NCBI GenBank assembly: GCA_048013815.1
Contig: CM106585.1
Coordinates: 7,192,001-7,256,000 of the forward strand
Length of the DNA stretch: 64,000 bases
Origin: Setoptus koraiensis
Lineage: Eukaryota; Animalia; Arthropoda
Direction of reading: 5' to 3'
Part shown: positions 55,193 to 64,000 of the stretch, piece by piece
How the letters are laid out: the number at the start of each line of letters is the position of its first letter
Position numbering within the stretch: position 1 is the first letter of the stretch
The notes under the pieces: model-generated
Database searches by the model: none
What the model was told of the DNA's origin: nothing
Seen by the model: the letters and a program-made list of their open reading frames with translations, nothing else
Translations under genes and position numbers: made by a program

Positions 55193-55790
55193 TCAGATGA
55201 TATCCATTGCGGTAACATTGTCTGATAATTCCCATTCTGAGTCGGATGGGTCATCACTCGGACCTTGCTTACTTGGATCATAGAGGTCCTCAGTGATTAA
55301 AGTAGTGTCCGAGCTGAAGCAATCATCTATCTTTTTGCATAGATCCTCGTCGTCGAATTCAAATGTGACATGGCGACCTAGTGCATAAATATACAAATCA
55401 AATAACAGTAGTAGATTTTTAGTTGTCTTGCGTGGGGTCATTAATGAAATATCTATACCTTGAGACAGACATAAATGTATAATATTGATATTCAATTTGG
55501 CCACATTGTATGTGAATTGGCAATCAGTTAATAGGTCGCTATTAAAAGTATCGAATGTCAATTTAGCTGGCAATATAATATCTAGCTGATAGGCTAAATT
55601 ATTTATTTACTAATTGTGTTACGCAAGCGAGGCAAGCACTAATGCGAAAAGCAGCATTTCTTTCGCCCAACTGAACCAATGAGGCCGGCATCATGTCCTT
55701 GTGATCGTTAATCCACAAACTGTAGGCATTGTAGTCTCCGCTACTTGGTAGCCAAGGTTCAACAATTGATTGATTAGTCATCTGGTGCTG
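55193..55790 (-). pseudogene. ATG14: ATG14 (Barkor) C-terminal fragment, frameshifted
   Basis: SIVEPWLPSSGDYNAYSLW...NAAFRISACLACVTQLVN, then in the next frame LAYQLDIILPAKL...FTYNVAKLNINIIHLCLSQ...KNLLLLF...LGRHVTFE...SEWE. This parallels human LPNNGDYSAY...[27 protein letters not shown]...KLNANILYLCFSQ. The frameshift near 55600 looks like a 4-bp AAAT duplication (gtaaat-aaat-aattta). Confidence 0.88.
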
Positions 55791-55797
55791 AGAACTA

Positions 55798-56304
55798 CTA
55801 GAGAAGGTCAATAGTGGCGATGTTTCCATATTTAACGGACCCAAACCATTGTGTTTGTTGAGCTCTCCAATACATGCCGAAAATATAGAAGTCCAACACA
55901 TAATTAAGGCATTGAGTATCATACTTAACCAAATCATCATTCTTAATCTGCCAGATTTCAGGTTGTTGGAAGTTCCCAAGTTTGATTTTTGTAAGTAGAT
56001 CATACATACGGACCGATCTGTCTTTTTGGTGGGTGAGCCAATCTTCTAAAATATTGAATGATTTCATCTGGGGTCCACCGGGGAATTGTTTGTCCTCGAG
56101 AAACTCACATAATTCTTTGTAGCTTAGTAGCGCCAGAGTAACATCCGATATGTCATAGAAATTTTTCAACATGAACTGCTTTGTACCTTGTGCCACCTCA
56201 TAGTTGATGGATGATAGCTTGTCGAAGAGGTGAGTATAATTGTGAACATTCATTCTCTCCAACAAAGAAGAAGCGCATATAAATTTTAACTGGCGCAGCT
56301 TCAT
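55798..56304 (-). pseudogene. BACK-domain fragment of a BTB-kelch-type protein
   Basis: LKFICASSLLERMNVHNY...FMLKNFYDI...LLSYKELCEFL...FNILEDWL...R...LLTKIKL fits the end-of-BTB/BACK helical pattern. No complete BTB or kelch repeats present. Confidence 0.7.
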
Positions 56305-56390
56305 TTTTAGCGCTTAATTTTAATTATAAGCGCTTAATTTTAATTAAGTAGCTACTGGGGTAGTGATGATGGATACGTTTATTCACGTGA

Positions 56391-57083
56391 CTATGTAATC
56401 CTATGGAGGTTTGACTTAGTCAAAGGACCTCTCAGAGTTTGATGGTCACAATTGGAAGTTCGGTGGTAACAATCCGAACTTCGAAATTGAAAATTCGAAT
56501 TTCTGATGATAGTTTCATCTGCTCTGTCGAAGTTCGATGGCCAGAGTTCGGTGGTCAGACTTCGATGGTCACAATTCGAACTTCGAAATCCGAAATTGAA
56601 AATTCGAATTTCTGATGATAGTTTCAGGTCCTTAGCTCTTCTTCTTCGGTGAGCAGCAACTCTTTCTCTGTTACACCGTCTTCTGTAATCAGCCAGTAAT
56701 TCACTGGCATCAATATTATCCAGAGAAACCCAATCCACTTCATGATAGCCAGTCCATTTCACTAGATATTCTATCCCATTTCCGACACCCGTTCGACGAT
56801 GATCGAGAATGATGTCTATCTCGAAATATCCTCCTTCTTCTTCAGCATCATCATCAATTATAATTATTTCAAAATTTTGCTGTTCTAATTCAGCATTTTC
56901 CGGTAGTCCATCTGCCACCCATCTTGTTAAAATTTGTCAACAAATGAAACACCTTTTAACCGGAGAATTTTGGAAGGAGAAACTAGCCGGCATGCAGACC
57001 ACACATGCATTATGTTTGCATGGTGAGGTCATCATCAAATTGTCGGCGAAAGTTTCTTGACAAATGGATTATTCGGTCGTCAT
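56391..57083 (-). pseudogene. RING finger (C3HC4) plus chromodomain ORF with two in-frame stops
   Basis: From ATG 57083: MTTE*SICQETFADNLMMTSPCKHNACVVCMPASFSFQNSPVKRCFIC*QILTRWVADG...DDDAEEEGG YFEIDIILDHRRTGVGNGIEYLVKWTGYHEVDWVSLDNIDASELLADY RRRCNRERVAAHRRRRAK. Stops at 57069-57071 and 56937-56939, same frame as track ORF 56391-56918. Confidence 0.8.
56441..56626. repeat. Ttcgaa-rich duplicated segment in the 3' part of the chromodomain ORF
   Basis: Exact 36-bp copies at 56482-56517 and 56591-56626, plus repeated gatggtcacaatt and agttcggtggt motifs. Confidence 0.8.
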
Positions 57084-58047
57084 TTTAATAAATAGATGAT
57101 AAGAAACAATAGATGAGCAATCTGTTAAATAAATGGATTTTTCTAAATGATAGAAGTGAATTCCAAAAAATGATAATAGCCAGTAATTGATGAATAGTAA
57201 TGAATTAAATGCCAATTTAAATAAATATCGAGAACAGAATAAATGATTGTAAATTTTAATGATAATGAATGGTTAAATAAATACCAATGGAAATAGATAT
57301 GAATGACTGTTGGATTTGAGTGTCTAAATTGATAATGCTAAGATAGAGAGAATCAATAAGATCTGTCCCGAGACAGTAGATGAGATTGATCTCAGACGAT
57401 TTAACTCCTCGCGCAGACCGATTTCATTTTCACGCACTGTACTTCAATGAACGAGTTGAAATACGATTGAAAAGTTTTTTTTTCCAAGACAAAAAGATTG
57501 AAAAATTCATTTGAAAGCCACCAAACTCGCACTGTCGAACAGTCTATCTATGGCTATTATTACTACGTGATACACATGTTAACCGACTATTCTGATCTGA
57601 CAGGCATAGATGTTCATCTCTGACATGGTGTCACATACTCGCATCCATATTCCAACGATACTCGTCTATTCAAAAAATTAAGCGCTCGAGATACTGACAG
57701 AATCAGTATCACTTGTTACATGATATCTCACGAACCAAATAAAATCGAATTACAAATCGAATGTTGTTTTATTCTAGGAAGATGCTTCTATCGTGGGACA
57801 AAAAAGAATAGGAATATATTGAGATAAATCACAAAAATTGAAATTCAAAATTTGGGGTCATTTTTTTCTTGTTTCATTTTTCACGTAGAATTTTTATTTT
57901 CATTAATACAACTATAATATTTTGTCACATGATGAGTAGTGGTATGGCGCACATTATGTGAAAATTTCACATTGATATCTTGAACAATGGCGAAGTTATG
58001 ATGTAAATTTGTTGTGAAAATCGCTTCGTAGGAAAAGCCGTTTGAAG

Positions 58048-58263
58048 TTAAGGAGCCATTCCACTTCCATAGAATTCTTCGTTTTCTGTCAAATTGTCTT
58101 CCTTGTCGTCGTTATTCTCTTTATTGGTTGTTGATGATCGTTTGTTCCTGCCCTCTTTCTTTTTTTCTCTATATAGGTCCGGTAGGTTCATTTTCTTCTC
58201 GCAGTCTTTGTTTTGTCTAATTGCGTTCTCGTCAACCATGTGGCGAAGCACATGGGCGCACAG
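58048..58263 (-). other. Unidentified terminal-exon-like fragment
   Basis: Strong acceptor tcttttgctttttcttattcttcttag| at 58264, then LCAHVLRHMVDENAIRQNKDCEKKMNLPDLY...EEFYGSGMAP*. No family recognised. Confidence 0.35.
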
Positions 58264-58608
58264 CTAAGAAGAATAAGAAAAAGCAAAAGAGCTTCAGACG
58301 GGAAATCACTGAAGAAAAAAAAAGGACGACTAACAGATAAATTGATTGACAAGCCATTATTACCATGTGTATAATTTTATGATTTATTTATTAAGAAAGC
58401 ATTGATTGGTATAATGGTTCGAGCAGCAGCGATAGCGAGATGTTGAAAACTAAGCCTGACGAAAATCCAGTTACCCCAAACACATTTACGCGCGGCAAAT
58501 GCGCATTCTGGGCTGGGTTGCAAGGTAATTAGGATTTCGCAGATCGCTGCTTCACGAAATATGAACGCGAAATCTGAAATATTGAATCAGTACCAGATAA
58601 ATCCTTTT

Positions 58609-59481
58609 TTAACATATCATTATCACTAGACGATCCTGAGAGATCTTTGTGTAATCAGGCATAAAATTAGCCATGACAACCATGTGAACCGTCATATGGC
58701 TGAATCCAGTCAATGGCTCATATTTATTGCTTATTATGGCACGATCCTTTATCATTTCCAAAATATCATATTGCCTATAATCCTTAGACTCACGTGGTAT
58801 GTCCATAACAACAGTACGATCAATATCGGACATGTACTGATAAATAACATTTTCTTTTTTTCCGCCTTTAGTATAATACCAATTACGCTGTACTAAGCGT
58901 AGGGTGTAATGTGTTTTGCCATCATTTCCATTGGCCCCATAAACCCAATAGATAGTTCGATAGCAAGGGTCGGAGGCTAGATATTCATCTAGCTTAAGTT
59001 GCCAAAGACGATTAAATACGCCTGATATTGGCGTATCGTGAAATCTTTTATTTTGTACAGCAATATCAATACGACGAAATTTCTCTGGTTCTTCCATCAG
59101 AAGATGGTCGGGACTTTTTTCAAAACGATGAAAAAGGGAACTATGTTTCGAACCTGTAGAAACGGGTATACCGTAATGCCAGGGACCATCAACACGTGAT
59201 TCTCTCTCGGTTGAGTGATCTATACATTATTGATGAGAACCTTTCGCTGGTTCAAAATGAGGCTTATTTGGAGCAAATAGTTTAGCAACACCAGAAAGTC
59301 GCATGTTGTCATTCAATTGTATATATCCCTGTAAATGGTCATGTCCGACTCTTTCGTGTTGAAAAACCATATAACCAATTTTGGACTTATGCTTGTTATA
59401 GACGTCCTCTAACTTTGGTATCGGACCAGTGAAGTTTAGGGTAAATACATATCGACGAGCAACAGGATTGCGTCGCGACAT
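58609..59481 (-). pseudogene. rep: Endogenous CRESS-DNA Rep (HUH endonuclease plus SF3 helicase), alphasatellite/nanovirus-like, one in-frame stop
   Basis: Track ORFs 59227-59481 and 58609-59097 are in one frame (290 codons plus terminal stop) broken only by TAA at 59227-59229. Motif I FTLN, motif II QHERVGHDHLQG, degenerate motif III (DHSTE in place of YxxK), RVDGPW, Walker A GANGNDGKT, YTKGGK, Walker B VVMDIPR, EMIKDR...SNKYEP, motif C VMANFMPD, Arg finger KISQDR. Confidence 0.95.
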
Positions 59482-59532
59482 TTTTTAATATTATTACATA
59501 TATAACGAACTACTGTTATAGATAGATACAAA

Positions 59533-59571
59533 TCTCCCGGGAGACGGGAGATGGCTCCCATGGGCGGGAGA
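59533..59571. promoter_or_regulatory. Iteron-like repeats upstream of Rep
   Basis: CGGGAGA at 59538, 59545 and 59565 plus an inverted copy TCTCCCG at 59533, just upstream (minus strand) of a TATA-like tract near 59498-59504 and the Rep ATG at 59481. Confidence 0.4.
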
Positions 59572-62500
59572 TTGATCTTCCCCCATCACTAGCATGAATC
59601 GAGCGTTTCGATTGGCGCCAGAACTAGAGAACGCCCTTGCCAACCCTTGGTGATATACTGACACGTTGCAACAGAGCCGGAGCGGCCCTCTGTTGGAAAG
59701 AATCCGTATCATGATGTGGCGGCCATCAGTATGCTTGTAATGGGCACATTTTTCGCTTTAAATCACATCCACGCTGGTTAGTTTTGTTGAAAAATCATTG
59801 TTGTCGTTGTTGCTTGACCGTGTTTATGGCAACCTGTCAACCGAGCAATTGTATGGAGCGTTCACTATTAATAAACAAGCAAAGTGAGCGAAAACAAAAC
59901 GCGATACCCATGGTTGCCATGGTTACGTTATAAGTTTAAGTTTGTATAAGTTACATGAACAGCTGGGGCTCGCCGGTGCCGGCTCGGCCAACAAGCGGCC
60001 GTGATGCTTCTCTTTGATTGATTTGCCTTTTTGCCTCTGTCCGTTTGTCTCACTGTTTGTCAGTGTGTTTGTGTGTCAAATAATATCTGTGTCTTTGTTG
60101 TTGCATAACATGATTGTTGCGTAACAATTGTGTTGCCGGCCTCACCTAACTGTTCCTGGTGGCGCTTGTTGTGGCCATACATTGGATGATGTTCGTCCTT
60201 GATAGTCATCATGAGATGAGCGAGCCAGCGAGCAATTAATAACGGACGGAGGCTGCTTGCTGGAACTGACACAAAGAGATAGTCGTAAGTGATGGCTGAT
60301 CATATCTCACACATGCAATTGCAATATTATTGCAATACCAGCATTACAACTAATGATACGGCACACAAAATGGCGCTATTGTTTCAAGTGTTGATTAAAT
60401 AAAAACGCCACTTTGAAACAAAACTTTGTCGGCTAGCCGAAAATGCGCCGAAGCGGCGCCTGCAAACGAAGCGTCTGATTCAATTAGCAAAGTTCATCAC
60501 GCTAATTAATTTGAGACAATTAAGTTTTGTTGTGTCTGGCTGTCTGGTCAGGCCGGCTCGGCTCGGTTTGGGCCGGCCGGGTTCGGTTGAATTGCATTGA
60601 CGCGTTGCATTGGACGACCAGCCGGCAGCAGACAAAAGCCAGCGAAACAGCCAGTGTTACGAGGCTGCAAAGTATTTAGCTGGCACCGGTAAATGGAGCA
60701 AGCGGCTTATTTATTTGTATGCCAATGCGAACGTTGCAATGTGTAATGTTGTAATGGCGGCCGCAACTAATCGCCGCTCCGTTGATGTTTATACCTGATG
60801 CAAACAAAGCCATGATTACAATTGGCGCAAGTTTGTTCGTTGTGTCATTTTTGTTGCATTGTGTTTTGTAAAATAAAAAATAAACTATAACCATTCTAAA
60901 TGACAGTATCTACTGTCTGGTTTTCCTAGGCTCTGGCATGTTTTCATACGTTTGCAAATGAGCAATAACATTGCCCAACAAACATGTCTGTGTGCGATAT
61001 GGGATGAGCATGTTGCAAGCCTATGTTCAAACGACAGCTCGCTGCCATTAACAGACAATCGGCAATCGATATTTTGTCAGCGCCATCACACTGTATCTCA
61101 TCTTGTCAGCTCAAGGCTACCAGGCCGATAATTTCACAATTTAACACACAAATGTATGATTGCAATCGTGTAACTGCGACCAGCAACAAAACAAAATGAA
61201 TACATTGTTTGCTTGGCGCGTCTTGCCATCAGCATATGTGGCTAGTTATGTAACAATGTTTGCGTGACCCACTGGCAACACTATCGTGCCCCAAACACAA
61301 CGCCGAACAATATTTGCATCCGCCAGCCATTGGCCCCTTCGTGGCGACTGATATTAGCCGGTATTACCGGCTTATTGGTTAGGATTCAATTTTGAGCCGT
61401 GCGACTTGTCGTCGTCGCTAGTGGCGCGAATTGGTCGCCCAATCGGTAACTACAGTTACAACGAGCAAATTAGTCTGTTTTGATACTATCTTTGTTGAGA
61501 TATTATCAAATTTGATAGAAATATATGTGGGCAATGCAATGTGTGTTATAGGCATGTGATATATCTGTTAGTGGATCTCACAACAAAAGCGTTTGTAGCA
61601 AAAGTTGCATTTGCGAGCAATTGTCAGCAGTTGTGAATGTTTCACAATGTCACATGACAATAACGCACACAAACACAATCATTTTCTCCCAAGTGAAGCC
61701 AATTGAGCTATTGAGATAGCTGCATTGGCTGTAGCAAGTTAGAATATTGTCGCGCAATTGTCGCGCAATTGTCGCACAATTGTCGTGCAATCGTCGAGCC
61801 AATGACTAGTGGTAATAGCACCCACTTGCCTTTGTTGGTCGGCCGATCGGCGGCGGCGGCAAGTGTCAACATGCTATCGAGCTATTCGGCTATATTGAGC
61901 GCCCAGCACAACTGTTAATGGTAATGCCGCCAGCGACAACAACGACACCAGCAGCAACAGTGACACAAACAGCAACAGCGACAACAACAACAAGCTAGAC
62001 AACAACAACAAGCTCGCCAACAACAACACCGACACCAACTGTGACAGGTCCGAAATAACACGCCAGACGCCAAGCTGCAACATAGCTGTACTTTGACTAT
62101 CCATAAACAGCTATGTGTGGCGCTGCTGTGAAAAACGATGATGAAAAAGTGTGTCAACTCGCTTATCTATCACTATCTGTGCCGCTGGATCCCGTAAGTT
62201 GCGGGCTGTAACAGCGATCCGCGGATGAGCTTGGCCTGTTCAAACACACACACACACACCATCGGAGCCATTGGAGCCATCGGAACCACTGGAGCCACTG
62301 GAACCACTGGAAGCACAGGTACACGTCAAATGGTCGATATTCTCGATAAAGTTAAGCTTGTTTGTGCAACCTGTCGCCTTTGTTTGGTTCTCATCAAAAG
62401 TCAAACGTTGGCCCCACAACGAATGCACGGTGCACCTGTTGCACTTAAGTGTACTGTTAAACATGATGACAATAAATGTAATAATTACCATTGGCAATAA

Positions 62501-64000
62501 ACAATGTTTTTTGTGGTCGCCACTTTCAATTCACAATTGCTTGACAATGACAACAACTACATGTTACATGATAGTAACTAGTTGACGAGAGTCCTGTTAC
62601 ATGATACTGACAATTGTGAGCGTCGCAAAGTGGAAAAGCCCCGCCGAGTGCCTTGGTCTCCCGCAAACTATCACACTTTCCTCGATCTGCTCGGTCTGCT
62701 CGGTCTGCTCGATCCGCTCGATCCGCTCGATCCACTCGATTCACAAGTATGCAGCCTTGTGAGTGAATATCGAGCGCACATTGGCCGCTGTCACTTGATA
62801 TTCGCCTTTTTGGCCGCTCATATTCAACATATTCATTATTCACTTGTGGATTCGCTTGGTGTGATCGGTCGAGGTCACAGCACATCTAGTTCTGACAAAC
62901 ATTGTGAACACACGAAAACATGAAAGTGTCAATGCTCAAAAAATATGCCCACCAAATGTGATATGTTTTGTGTGTGATTTGTCGTTGGCACAACACAGTT
63001 TGTCACGCTTTCAAACGGGACATGACAGCCTCACCGGGGTATCTCACTACTAGTAACTCATTACTATTGACTCACTACTAGTGAGTCACTAGTAGCAAAT
63101 TGCTAGTAAGCAGTGACAAGTTGCTGAAGAGCCGTCACGGGACTCAAAAGTCAAATATGGCGCCAATATTTGCGAAAAAGTTTGCGTCACATTTTAGACA
63201 AACCGCACATCCGTCCAACAACGCGACTAGCCTAGTTTCACTAGGTAAGCTTGTTACACCAATTCGGGTTCGTAATCATCACCATCGGCTCACCTGTCGT
63301 AGACTATGCGATGGGGCTCGCTGACAGTTTAGCCACCATATCGCACCCAACTGACAGCTTGATAGTTGGTGGCAAGCGCGAAACTGTGTCCGATGGACAC
63401 AAGTCATTTGTGACAAGCGGCGGCGACTGGTCGTCGAGTCGCGTCTCGCCGAGTGTCGCAATTGTTGTCCGTGCTTACATGCACCTTATAAGGTGTCGCT
63501 TGGGCTTGGCCGGAGTGTTTGTTTATGCTGCCAACAAGAAATGTTCGAGATTCTCAAAAAGCGAATATTTATGATGCTTTGCATCGTGCTATTCACGACA
63601 GCACGATCATGACCATCATGATGACCATGATGACGACGATGAAGTTGTTTAGACTAACAATGTAACTGACATCCAATGGGAAATGGCGATAAATAAATGT
63701 TTATTGCTATTTATCGCCAGGCGGTGCGCAGCCCAGAAACACTTTTGCTGTCGAAGCAAACACTTGTGGCTGTTGCAACAAGTCAAGGCTATTGTATGGC
63801 GATAATAATGATAATCTTGTATCTGTTGTGATGTTTGTGTTAGGTGAAGCGAAGTAAGCTCCTTCTATCTGTGTTGCACGCATACTAATATATTCGGCTC
63901 ACTTTTCGGCTGGCCAGCTCCTCGAGAGAGAAGCGTCCTCGCGAGAGAGGGAGAGAGAGAGAGAGAGAGAGCCTCTCGGACGCAAGCGGTCGGACAGGGC

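Noticed and set aside
56309-57686. 13-bp inverted repeat AGCGCTTAATTTT bracketing the RING-chromo ORF as possible TIRs
   Set aside because: Short, AT-rich, no TSD; plausible by chance.
59489-59497. TATTATTAC, the babuvirus-type nonanucleotide, next to the Rep start
   Set aside because: On the strand opposite to Rep, without a flanking stem, in an AT-rich tract; nanovirus/alphasatellite Rep is encoded on the nonanucleotide strand.
48260-59750. A canonical Helitron or Polinton spanning the island
   Set aside because: No RepHel/Pif1, pPolB, integrase or capsid motifs; no 5'-TC/3'-CTRR with hairpin or bounding TIRs found.
1-64000. CRISPR arrays, rRNA/tRNA genes and conserved arthropod miRNAs
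   Set aside because: Repeats are head-to-tail with no unique spacers; no rRNA or tRNA structure seen; only partial seed-length matches to miR-100 (near 15113) and miR-281 (near 52461).

Overview
Eukaryotic (animal) genomic DNA with GT-AG introns; the microsatellite-rich style suggests an arthropod, possibly a small-genome mite (impression only, not verifiable here). Four zones. (1) 1-4.5 kb: the last two coding exons of a GH27 alpha-N-acetylgalactosaminidase/alpha-galactosidase gene. (2) About 4.5-48.2 kb: low-complexity DNA with no protein domain I can recognise, but many microsatellites, short tandem duplications, short perfect palindromes and a few long hairpins. (3) About 48.3-59.75 kb: a visibly AT-richer island split by a 500-N scaffold gap (50456-50955). 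Left of the gap are two fold-back palindromes and a 1.5-kb Mutator (MULE) deletion derivative with TIRs and a perfect 9-bp TSD. Right of the gap is a string of coding pieces, all on the minus strand: a TTC28-like TPR fragment (one in-frame stop), an intact intronless S1 serine protease, a frameshifted ATG14 C-terminal fragment, a kelch-type BACK fragment, a RING-chromodomain ORF (two stops; the RING half is not in the ORF track), an unidentified terminal exon, and a full-length alphasatellite/nanovirus-like CRESS Rep (one in-frame stop, altered motif III) with iteron-like repeats upstream. (4) After about 59.8 kb the low-complexity host style resumes. The strongest candidate for something new is the endogenous alphasatellite-like Rep at the head of a co-oriented mosaic of host-gene fragments. 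All protein family calls come from recalled motifs, not database searches.
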